A stretch of 64,000 nt of DNA from the human T2T-CHM13v2.0 reference genome, Homo sapiens. Of this stretch, positions 51,896 through 64,000 are shown piece by piece (positions within the stretch are counted from its first letter, which is position 1; every line of letters starts with the position of its first letter). The stretch lies in NCBI RefSeq assembly GCF_009914755.1, contig NC_060927.1, one strand, 5' to 3'. The position numbers and the translations under genes are program-made. The notes under the pieces were generated by a model. That model saw only the letters and a list, made by a program, of their open reading frames with translations, was not told the origin of the DNA and did not search any database.

Positions 51896-54552
51896 GGAGT
51901 TACTGAATAGGATTGCTGTTGTAGGGGGTCCTTTGATGACCCTTGCCTAAGTTATACTAACAGTTGTGTGGTCCTCAACTGACCATCATCCAGCATTCGG
52001 GCAGACCTTCCATTGCCCACATCCAGCAACAAGTGGAGCATGAATGAATTGAAACCAAGTCAAATCTGTGTTCACCTTGTTCCTGACAGCTCTCCTGGTA
52101 ATTAGTACTCCAGAGCTGTTTTCAAAGATAAAAATTGAGAGATAAATCCTAATTGCATTGTCAGTTTCATGTATTCTATTACATTACTTTTGGAGAGGCT
52201 GTATTAAATGATATAACAAAGTATATGTATTTCACAAGAATGTACATAAATATTAATATTCTTTGCTTAAGTTCAGGAAAACTATTATGAAAAGTATTCC
52301 TTTGCCCCTCAGACCTCAGTAAAGATGTTTTAACCTTCCTACTAAATCACTTCAGATTATGTTCCATGCCAGTGGTATACGTTATATATCCTGCAGGTCA
52401 ATAGCTGGACGGCAATGGCATTCATCCAGATTCTCATTTTTACATAAATGGCTTTAAAACACGTTCTCTGTATTACACCTTCATCTTATCCTGGCCCAGC
52501 AAAATACATATGATTCCATATAATGCGAATATTATTATGATGAGAAAGAGTTACTAAGGAGTCAAAATGGTGTTATAACAACTTACTATAAAATCTATGT
52601 GCTCGGTCTGAAAATAATCCAAATAAGCACTAGAAACTGACAGTTTAATGTATTACTGAAAAGGTCAGATCAAGAAGCAGGAAGGCTCACGAAACAAAAG
52701 CATATGCAAAAGAAATAGCCAAAAGAGTATCATGACTCCTGCAAAGATTTTTATTTGGAGACCCAAATTTCTAGCCCTAAACTTGATATGCTTCTGCTCA
52801 TATCAGAGAAAAAAAATCTCCTTATTAGAAACATTGGAAAAGTAGAATAATGTAGACATTGTGTGTTTGCACTGATTCAAATCAATGGAAATTTATGCTT
52901 TTTTAGAATTAATAAATGTGAACACTTAGATTTTAAATCTGCCCACATACCAAGATGTTACATATCCATCTGCCATTTAATTCAGCTGGTCTGATGAGAA
53001 TTCTTCATGTGCATTATACTTGAATATGTTTTCTACACAGTTTGCCGTTGGCTTTTTAAGAATAATGTTTTCAAGCATGATTATAGATTTATATATTCTA
53101 ATAGTGCTTTGGGGGGCAAACCTCTTAAATAATTTTTGCTTAATTAAGTGTAGCTTCAAATGTGCATCTTCTAAAAGAGGACTTGAAGGATTTGCCAAGG
53201 TCTTATAATTATTTAGATTTATGGCCCAATAAAGCATCGTTCCTATATTATACCCTATACAACACCATTTGTATATTCCAGGGGGAGAAACTGAGGCAGA
53301 AATGGGAAAACCTTGATTTAGAATATTCAGTGATTGAGTCCAGCAACAGAAATCAAGTTTCAAAATTCCTTTTCCTATAATTGTTTTCTAGAGCTGCCTT
53401 AGAAGACCTTGCTGTTGGTATGACCAGAATTATGACAAACAACTTACTGATTTTTAAGACAAGAAATTGACTGCTGGAACTCCCTCTAATTGGTATGAGT
53501 GAAATCAAAATCTAGTAGAAACCAAAGAAACTTGGCTCACGCTACATGACAATTCTAACAGTAAAATTCTAAAATGCAAACATTCAACCATTCAACAGAA
53601 AAAAAAATAAAAATCTTCAACATGTGTCTCACGCCAAAACAAATCAAAATAAACAATAATAGAATCATGAGATGCTTTTGACTTGGCCTGGATAAAGCAA
53701 ATAACAAAGTTGTAGCATAAAATAATTGAGGAGAAGCCCTCTTTTTGAGATTGGGCAAAGAACCCCAGGTATCATGTCCCTCCCTCTTCTAGCTTTCCCA
53801 CCAGGACTGTAGATACCTGACTCGGTCTGAAACGGAGGCTGCTGCCTAGTGAACAGAGCTTAGTGGGAAGATGCTGCCACCTCCCTTTAAACAAGAATGA
53901 GTCAACAAAGTACTTAATCAGACATTTTCTGTATTGAGAAAACACAAAACAAAAACAAAAAGGACCACAGAAATCATAAGCAGAAAATAGGATATCCCAG
54001 CATTCCTCTATCCCGGAATAAGAAGTTGGAACAAAAACAAGAAAATATTAAATTTTGAGGATTCTTTGGTTTGTGGCAACTGCTACAGATTCCTATGTTT
54101 TGATTCAAAAGTTATTTATTTCTTACAGCAACATTGGTAGCAATGTGCACTCAGGAAATGGCAATTCTTTTTAATTCCAAACTCGAGAAACTGTTTCTGC
54201 TTCAACAATTATTATATGAGGTGAGAATTAGAAAAAGATATAAATAACAGTGTCACAGAGATTGATTGTAAGTCGGTGAAAATAATAGCAATAGAGATAA
54301 AAATCTTAACTTTCTAGCTCAGAGACTCTTCTTCCTTTTCAGCAGTTTGTTACTACATAAGTACAATTTTATGTTTGCCTTGTTATGTTTTTATGACAAG
54401 TTCTTCCTCAGTTGAAGGGTAATTTTGAAAATGTTTTGAATAGCAAAGTCTTTTGAATCACTCAATAATTCTTGGCAAGTTAAATTAAGCAAAAATAAAT
54501 TATATACAACCCAAAGACAAATCTAACTTGAGAGCCATTCAAAGAAATTGAC

Positions 54553-54559
<7 letters not shown>

Positions 54560-54621
<62 letters not shown>
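54560..54621. repeat. Compound (TA)n(CA)n microsatellite
   Basis: About 24 TA units followed by CA units. Confidence 0.97.
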
Positions 54622-55206
54622 CTGCATTCTATCTGTTACAAGTGTGTGATTTTTTTTAAAAGGAAGCTGTCCATAGAGATGACAGGATCATAAACCTAAT
54701 AAGCCAAAGTGGAGAAGCCACAAGTTACCATCCCTTCAGTAGAAAATGAGACTGGGTTGCTCAGCCTTCAATCTGACAGTTTCAAAGAGAAAAGAAATCT
54801 ATTAGCAAGTTGCTGATGGCTTATAAAAAACATATTGCAGAATCTTGCTCTTCTATTTAAAGGCATATTCCTGTCCTTTCTCATTAACTCTAAAAGAAAA
54901 AAAAAAGAAATCAGATTTGACATCCTGTAACTTGCTCCTTAAATATCAGAAGCCACATGTACACAGCAAGTTCTTTATAATTATAATTTTTATACCTTCT
55001 TTTCTACTTTCCTATACCTTAAAATATGTTTTTCAAAGGTGTGTGTGATGTGTGTATTTTTAAGAACTATCATGAGCATAGAGTAAATACAAGTAGCTGC
55101 CTCTTTTTGGTGTTTGAAGAGAACAAAGATTTGTATTCCTGGCTGCATGTAATGAATGTTCACTGTTGAAATCATTGTGATATTTCAAGGGGAAAAAAAG
55201 TCATCA

Positions 55207-55527
<321 letters not shown>

Positions 55528-56137
55528 TTATAGTGAATGTAGTATAAATAATACCCATTGGCTATGCTTTCTTCTTGCAGAGGGAGTGCATAGAATTCAT
55601 AAGCATAAGCTGACATGCTAGAACACGCTAGCCATGGATCCTTCACCTAAACAAGAGACTCCATTTAATAACTGTTCCTTTATACCAAATAAATCTGCTC
55701 ATAAGAGCCCATAGTTCAGGAAAGTTAAAAGGTAAACATAAAATAGCACATATAAAAACATATATATATATTATATATATATGTTTGGGATGCAATCTGT
55801 CAGCATCTTAAAAACTCCATTAGTACATATAGATACATATATATTTTACCTGACTCATCATGTCTAAAATGCTTAGAGTTTAAGTCAGGATGGTGTTTCT
55901 CCCTCAGCTATATTACTAACATGTAACATTTGTCTTTTGGAAAACCCCATCAGCCTTTTGGGGTCACTGTTTGACTTGTATTATAGTGAATTATTTATGA
56001 ATCTGGATCCTGCAACAAATTGGGAAGCACCAATTATCTATGTTTACGTTTCTTTACCTGTTTGTTCTTAAAAATTCCCATAGTATGTGGGGCGTTGCCT
56101 CACCCAGGAAACACAAGGGGTCAGGGGATTTCCCTTT

Positions 56138-56377
56138 CTAGCCAAGGGAAGCTGTGACAGACTGTACGTGGAAAAACGGGACACTCCCACCCAAATACTG
56201 CACTTTTCCCAAGGTCTTAGCAACAGGCAGACAAGGAGATTCTCCCATGCATGGCTCAACAGGTCCCATGCCCGGCTCAACAGGTCCCATGCCCATGGAG
56301 CCTTGCTCACTGCTGGTGCAGCAGTCTGAAATCAAACTGCAAGGTGGCAGCCTGGCTGGGCGAGGGGAATCCTCCAT
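56138..56377 (-). pseudogene. L1 ORF0-like antisense ORF (79 aa; N-terminal half homologous, then frameshifted)
   Basis: ATG in GCAATGG context; MEDSPRPARLPPCSLISDCC resembles ORF0 MAGAPPPASLPPCSLISDCC. Confidence 0.7.
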
Positions 56378-56975
56378 TGCTGAGGCTTGAGTAGGTAAAC
56401 AAAGCAGCCAGGAATCTTGAACTGGGTGGAGCCCACCGCAGCTCAGCAAGGCCTACTGCCTCTAGACTCCACCTCTGTGGTCAGGGCTTAGCTGAACAAA
56501 AGGTGGCAGACAACTTCTGCAGACTTAAGCGTCCCTGTCTGACAGCTCTGAAGAGAGCAGTGGTTCTCCCAACATGGTGTTTGAGCTCTGAGAACAGACA
56601 GACTGCCTCCTCAAGTGGGTCCCTGACCCCTGTGTAGCCACACTGGGAGACACCTCCAAGTAGGGGCCAACAGATACCTCATGTAGGTGGGTGCCACTCT
56701 AGGACGAAGTTTCCAGAGGAAGGATCAGGCAGCAGTATTTTCTGTTCTGCAATATTTGCTGTTCCACAGCCTCCACTGGTGATACCCAGGCAAACAGGGT
56801 CTGGAGTGGACCTCCAGCAAACTCCAACAGACCTGCAGCTGAAGGACCTGACTGTTAGGAGGAAAACTAACAAACAGAAAGGAATAGCATCAACATCAAC
56901 AAAAAGGACATCCACACCAAAACCCCATCTGTAGGTCACCAACATCAAAGACCAAAGTTAGATAAAACCACAAAG

Positions 56976-58001
56976 ATGGGGAGAAACCAGAGCAGAAAAG
57001 CTGAAAATTCTGAAAATCAAAGCGCCTCTTCTCCTCCAGAGGATGGCAGCTCCTCGCCAGCAACAAAACAAAGCTGGATGGAAAATGACTTTAACAAGTT
57101 GATGGAAGTAGGCTTCAGAAGATCGGTAATAAAAAACTTATCCAAGCTAAAAGAGCATGTTCAAACCCACTGCAAGGAAGCTAAAAACCTTGAAAAACGG
57201 TTAAATGAATGGCTAACTAGAATAAACAGTGTAGAGTAGAACTTAAATGACCTGATGGAGCTGAAAATCGTGGCACAAGAACTTCATGATGCATGCACAA
57301 GCTTCAATAGACGATTGAATTAAGTGGAAGAAAGGGTATCAGTGATTGAAGATCAAATGAATGAAATAAAGGGAGAAGACAAGGTTAGACAAAAAAGAGT
57401 AAAAAGAAATGAACAAAGCCTCCAAGAAATATGGGACTATGTGAAAAGGCCAAATCTATGTCTGATTGGTGTACCTGAAAGTGATGGGGAGAATGGAACC
57501 AAGTTGGAAAACACTCTTCAGGATATTATCCAGGAGAACTTCCCCAACCTAGCAAGGCAGGCCAACATTCAAATTCAGGAAATACAGAGAACACCACAAA
57601 GATACTCCTCGAGAAGAGCAACCCGAAGACACATAATTGTCACATTCACCAAGGTTGAAATGAAGGAAAAAATGTTAAGGGCAGCCAGAGAGAAAGGTCC
57701 GGTTACCCACAAAGGGAAGTCCATCAGACTAACAGCAGATCTCTCAGCAGAAACCCTGCAAGCCAGAAGAGAATGAGGGCCAATATTCAACATTCTTAAA
57801 GAAAATAATTTTCAACCCAGAATTTCATATCCAGCCAAACTAAGCTTCATAAGTGAAGGAGAAATAAAATCCTTTACAGACAAGCAAATGCTGAGAGATT
57901 TTGTCACCACCAGGCCTGCCTTACAAGAGCTCCTGAAGGAAGCACTAAACATGGAAAGAAACAACCAATACCAGCCACTGCAAAAACATGCCAAATTGTA
58001 A
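56976..58001 (+). pseudogene. L1 ORF1p, disabled
   Basis: MGRNQSRKAENS...EIWDYVKRPNL...ADLSAETLQARRE; in-frame stops ending at 57239, 57323 and 57776. Confidence 0.92.
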
Positions 58002-58064
58002 AGACCATCGATGCTATGAAGAAACTGCATCAACTAATGGGCAAAATAACCAGCTAACATCATA

Positions 58065-61000
58065 ATGACAGGATCAAATGCACACACAACAATATTAAAC
58101 TTAAATGCAAATGGGCTAAATGCCCCAATTAAAAGACACAGACTAGCAAATTGGATAAAGAGTCAAGACCCATCAGTGTGTAGTATTCAGAAGACCCATC
58201 TCACATGCAAAGATTCACATAGACTCAAAATAAAGGGATGGAGGAAGATCTACCAAGCAAATGGAAAGCAAAAAAAGCAGGGATTGCAATCCTAGTCTCT
58301 GATAAAGCAGACTTTAAACCAACAAAGATTGAAAGAGACAAAGAAGGCCATTACATAATGGTAAAGGGATCAATTCAACAAGAAGAGCTAACAACCCTAA
58401 ATATATATGCACCCAATACAGGAGGACCCAGATTCATAAAGTAAGTCCTTATAGACCTACAAGGAGACTTAGACTCCCACACAATAATAATGGGAGACTT
58501 TAACACCCTACTGTCAATATTAGACAGATCAACGAGACAGACGGTTAACAAGGATATACAGGACTTGAACTCAGCTCTGCACCAAGCAGACCTGATAGAC
58601 ATCTACAGAACTCTCTACCAGGAATCAATAGAATATACATTCTTCTCAGCACCACATCGCACTTATTCTAAAATTGGCCACATAATTGGAAGTAAAGCAC
58701 TCCTTAGCAAATGTAAAAGAACAGAAATCACAACAAACTGTCTCTCAGAACACAGTGCAATCACATTAGAACTCAGGATTGAGAAACTCACTCAAAACTG
58801 CACAACTACATGGAAACTCAACAACTTCTTCCTGAATGACTACTGGGTACATAATGAAATGAAGGCAGAAATAAAAGTGTTCTTTGAAACCAGTGAGAAC
58901 AGACACAACATACAAGAATCTCTGGGACACATTTAAAGCAGTGTGTAGAGGGAACACTAAATGCCCACAAGGAAAAGCAGGAAAGATCTGCAATTGACAC
59001 CCTAACATCACACTTAAAAGAACTAGGCAAGCAAGAGCAAAGAAATTCGAAAGGTAGCAGAAGGCAAGAAATAACTAAGATCAGAGCAGAACTGAAAGAG
59101 ATAGACACAAAAGCCCTGCAAAAAATCAATGAATCCAGGAGCTGCTTTTTTTTAAAGGATTAACAAAATTGGTAGACTGCTAGCAAGACCAATAAAGAAG
59201 AAAACAGAGAAGAATCAAAATAGATGCCATAAAAAATGATAAAGGAGATATCACCACTGATCCCACAGAAATACAAACTACCATCAGAGAATACTATAAA
59301 CACCTCTATGCAAATAAACTAGAAAATCTAGAAGAAATGGATAAATTCCTGGACACATACACTCTCCCAAGACTAAACCAGGAAGAAGTTGAATCCCTGA
59401 ATACACCAAAAACAGGCTCTGAAATTGAGGCAATAATTAATAGCCTACCAACCAAAAAAAGTCCAGGACCAGATGGATTCACAGCCGAATTCTACCAGAG
59501 ATACAAAGTGGAGCTGGTACCATTCCTTCTAAAACTGTTCCAATCAATACAAAAAGAAGGAATCCTCCCTAACTCATTTTATGAGGTCATCATCCTGATA
59601 CCAAAACCTGGCAGAGACACAATGAAACAAGAGAATTTTAGACCATTATCCCTGATGAACTCAATATGAAAATCCTCAATAAAATACTGGCAAACTGAAT
59701 CCAGCAGCCCATCAAAAAGCTTATCCAGCATGATCAAGTCGGCTTCATCCCTGGGATGCAAGACTGGTTCAACATACACAAATCAACAAACATAATTCAT
59801 CACATAAACAGAACCAATGACAAAAACCACATGATTATCTCAATAGATGCAGAAAAGGTGTTCGAAAAAATTCAACAGCCCTTCATGCTAAAAACTCTCA
59901 AAAAACTAGGTATTGACAGAACGTATCTCAAAATAATAAGAGCTATTTATGACAAACCCACAGCCAATATCATACTGAATGGGCAAAAACTGGAAGCATT
60001 CCCTTTGAAAACTGGCACAAGATGAGGATGCCCTCTCTCACCACTGCTATTCAACATAGTGTTGGAAGTTCTGGCCAGGGCAATCAGGCAAGAGAAAGAA
60101 ATAAAGGGTATTCAATTAGGAAAAGAGGAAGTCAAATTGTTCCTGTTTGCAGATGACATGATTGTATATTTAGAAAGCCCCATCGTCTCAGCCCAAACTC
60201 TCCTTAAGCTGATAAGCAACTTCAGCAAAGTCTCAGGATACAAAATCAATGTGCAAAAATCACAAGCATTCCTATACACCAATAACAGACAAATAGCCAA
60301 ATCAAGAGTGAACTCCCATTCACAATTGCTACAGAGAATAAAATACCTAGGAATCCAACTTACAAGTGATGTGAAGGACCTCTTCAAGGAGAACTACAAA
60401 CCATTCCTCAACGAAATAAAAGAGGACACAAATAAATGGAAGAACATTCCATGCTCATGGAAAGGAAGAATCAATATCGTGAAAATGGCCACACTGCCCA
60501 AGGTAATTTATAGATTCAATGGCTTCTCCATCAAGCTACCAATGACTTTCTTTACAGAACTGGAAAAAACCTACTTTAAAGTTCATATAGAACCAAAAAG
60601 AGCCCACACTGCCAAGACAATCCTAAGCAAAAAGAACAAAGCTGGAAGCATCATGCTACCTGACTTCAAACTCTCAAGGCTACAGTAACCAAAAGAGCAT
60701 GGTACTGGTACCAAAACAGAGATATAGACCAATGGAACAGAACATAGGCCTCAGAAATAAAACCACACATCTACAACCATCTGATCTTTGACAAACCTGA
60801 CAAAAACAAGAAATGGGGAAAGGATTCCCTATTTAATAAATGGTGCTGGGAAAACTGGCTAGCCTTACGTAGAAAGCTAAAACTGGATCCCTTCCTTACA
60901 CCTTATACAAAAATTAATTCAAGATGGATTGAAGACTTAAATGTTAGACCTAAAACCATAAAAACCCTAGAAGAAAACCTAGGCAATACCATTCAGGACA

Positions 61001-61858
61001 TAGGCATGGGCAAGGACTTCGTGACTAAAACACCAAAAGCAATGGCAACAAAAGCCAAAATGAAAAATGGGATCTAATTAAACTAAAGAGCTTCTGCACC
61101 ACAAAAGAAACTACCATCAGAGTGAACAGGCAACCTACAGAATGGGAGAAAATTTTTGCAATCCACTCATCTGACAAAGGGCTAATATCCAGAATCTACA
61201 AAGAACTCAAACAAATTTACAAGAAAAAAAAACCCTATCAAAAATTGGGCAAAGGATATGAACAGACACTTCTCTAAAGAAGACATCTGTGCAACCAACA
61301 GACACATGAAAAAATGCTCATCATCACTGGTCATCAGAGAAATGCAAATCAAAACCACAATGAGATACAATCTCACACCAGTTAGAATAGCAATCATTAA
61401 AAAATTAGGAAACAACAGATGCTGGAGAGGATGTGGAGAAATAGGAACTCTTTTACACTGTTGGTAGGAATGCATTAGTTCAACCATTGTGGAAGACAGG
61501 GTGGTGATTCCTCAAGGATCTAGAACTAGAAATACCATTTGACCCAGTGATCCCATTACTGGGTATATACCCAAAGGATTATAAATCATGCAACTATAAA
61601 GACACATACACACATATGTTTATTGCAGCACTATTCACAATAGCAAAGACTTGGAACCTACCCAAATGTCTATCAATGATAGACTGGATAAAGAAAATGT
61701 GGCACATATACACCATGGAATACTATGCAGCCATAAAAAATGATGAGTTCATGTCCTTTGCAGGTACATGGATGAAGCTGTAAACCATCATTCTCAGCAA
61801 ACTATCACAAGGACAGAAAACCAAACACCACATGTTCTCACTCATAGGTGGGAATTGA
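58065..61858 (+). pseudogene. L1 ORF2p (endonuclease/reverse transcriptase), disabled
   Basis: [36 protein letters not shown] and the C-terminal [15 protein letters not shown], broken by frameshifts and stops. Confidence 0.93.
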
Positions 61859-62224
61859 ACAATGAGATCACTTGGACACAGGGCAGGGAACATCACACAC
61901 TGAGGCCTGTCAGGGGGTGGGGCGCTGGGGGAGATATAGCATTAGGAGAAATACCTAATGTAAATGACGAGTTGATGGGTACAGCAAACCAATGTGGCAC
62001 ATGTATACCTATGTATCAAACCTGCACCTTGTGCACATGTACCCTAGGACTTAAAGTACAATAAAATAATAATAATAATAATAATGTTTAAAAAATTTTT
62101 AAAACTCCCATTGCACTCATTTACATTTGTATGCCCAAACATAATTTTACGTAAATTACATACCAAAGAGCATAACATCGTGTCTGACATATAGTAGGTA
62201 CTAAAATATATATATAGCTGCACT

Positions 62225-62445
62225 ACATTATGAAAATCTTTCTAAGGTGCTTTTATAGCATTAATGCACTCTTTTTAAAGACTGCACTATTCCATGGCCC
62301 GAATAAACCCATTTTATTCAATCATAACCTATGTAAGACATTTACTTTGTTTCTTGTTTTCGGCCATTACAAACAGAATAAATAGTCTTATATACTCAGC
62401 TGCAGTAAATAATCTTATATACTCAATTTTGCTCTAAGATAATAT
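62225..62445 (-). mobile_element. Ancient L1ME fragment
   Basis: CTTTTTAAAGACTGCACTATTCCATGG...GACATTTACTTTGTTTC...ATTACAAACA. Confidence 0.5.
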
Positions 62446-63210
62446 ATGCATCCTGAAAATCACTATGCAATGCAAAATTGTGCAATAAAAACCACAGAGC
62501 TTCTGGAGAAAAATGGGTTGCGGACTCAACATTCAAAAAGTCTCCCAAAACAGCAACATATAAAAAAGATAGGAACCTAAAAAATGGTTTAAAATGGTAA
62601 TACATGTGTTAAATACACATTAAGAAATACATAAATACTATAATAAATATGGCACTTAACCTTGAAGAAAACCTGAAATTTGCATGAAGAACTGGGCAGA
62701 AGTAGGTTTGCAATTTGTGAGTTATTGTGAAGTGGTAGATGGATGGTTATCTGAAATCAGATGGAACATTGGAATACTAGATGTGGATAGGTACGGCTCA
62801 TTACGCAGTGAACTGAGGTAACTGGAGATATTAGTGGTGTCTGTTTTGTGTTTTGCCAGGCAGCTTGGTTCAGACGGATGCAGTTTCCTGCCATCCTCTA
62901 GTATTTCTTACAGAAAAAATAATGCAGAAGCAAAAGCAAAATCCACACTATGTTCAATGTGTTCCCTAATATATCAGCTTCACTCTAGCAAATTCACATT
63001 TTAAAAGTCAAGTGTTACAGCACTATTGACTATATATGTGTCATTATATGCCAATGCTTTCATTCCTATGAGTTAGATTTCCAGGATAGGGACTAATGGA
63101 TTTTTTTAAGATGCTAACAGATTGCATCCCAAACAGCTTTAATAATTTTAAGATATTTTCCATTTTCACAACCTCAGAGAAGACAATCCAGTCCCACACC
63201 CTGAACCTAA

Positions 63211-63472
<262 letters not shown>

Positions 63473-63819
63473 TGAACCTCATTTTTTACAAAGTTTGAGA
63501 CAATTGTGAGACTGGGTGAGAGTTCTAATAATGGACACTGACTCTGCTTCCTACTAGTCAAAGTAACCAAACGATTCATTTAAAGGACCAGGCGTTTCTG
63601 GGGACAAGCAGGAAAAGGAACCATCCCCTACTTATCCACCCTTCACCTCTGCCTCTGTAGCTCAGCATCAGAAGTAAAAGATTAGACCACAAGGTCTACT
63701 TCCTAAAATAAAAATTTGCCACATTGTAAAATTTAAAAATTCTCTCTTGGAAAGTGTTGAAATATACATTTAAAAAGATAAAATGAAAATAATATATTTA
63801 TTACTTTACCAGGGGGAGA

Positions 63820-64000
63820 AAACCATTTTTAATATTTTGTCAAAGTCTCTGTCTTTGTGTTTTGACATCATATGATATTTAGCTTTATCTTGACTATTTT
63901 CATGTCATAATTATCCTTAAGGTGCTTCATATTAACACTATATACCTACATAATACATTCTACTATGTGCCATAATTTACCTGGACATTTTTCTATTATA
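63820..64000 (-). mobile_element. Ancient L1ME fragment
   Basis: AACCATTTTTAATATTTTG...ATGTGCCATAATTTACCTGGACATTT. Confidence 0.4.

Larger units (their letters stand above)
56086..62099 (+). mobile_element. Near-full-length L1PA6-like LINE-1, inactive, first ~170 bp of 5' UTR missing
   Basis: 5' UTR, ORF1, 63-bp spacer, ORF2, 3' UTR (ACAAGGACAGAAAACC, GTATCAAACC), (TAA)n tail, TSD TAAAAATTCCCAT/TAAAACTCCCAT. Confidence 0.95.

Noticed and set aside
52977-53363. 128-aa minus-strand ORF
   Set aside because: TTG start, AT-biased composition and no recognisable homology.
52602-53832. Repeated 12-mer CTCGGTCTGAAA about 1.2 kb apart
   Set aside because: The flanks do not extend the match, and 12-mer repeats are expected by chance in 64 kb.

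Overview
AT-rich, CpG-depleted primate genomic DNA, most likely human or another ape (AluY, AluS, AluJ, L1PA and HSMAR2 elements are present). It reads as intergenic or deep-intronic sequence, roughly half interspersed repeats: about a dozen Alus, several L1s including a near-full-length dead L1PA6-like copy at ~56.1-62.1 kb, L2, MIR, solo LTRs (MLT2A, MST, MLT1, LTR16/33), a truncated LTR13, a near-complete HSMAR2 mariner and MER2/MER5. I see no protein-coding gene, CpG island, rRNA/tRNA or CRISPR array. The recognisable ORFs are repeat-derived and the rest look spurious. I cannot support a new biological system here. The most interesting observations are mutational fossils: (1) a chimeric Alu carrying a 141-bp foreign, L2-like segment inside a younger L1, probably a templated insertion; (2) a template-switch inverted duplication forming a 32-bp-stem hairpin in an L1; (3) a very small twin-priming L1 with an ~18-bp inversion; (4) a young LTR13 cut after ~143 bp; (5) an L1 ORF0 with an in-frame 7-aa duplication. 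There are also several candidate non-coding or micro-exon splice signals. Subfamily calls come from remembered consensus motifs, and boundaries of the old repeats are approximate.
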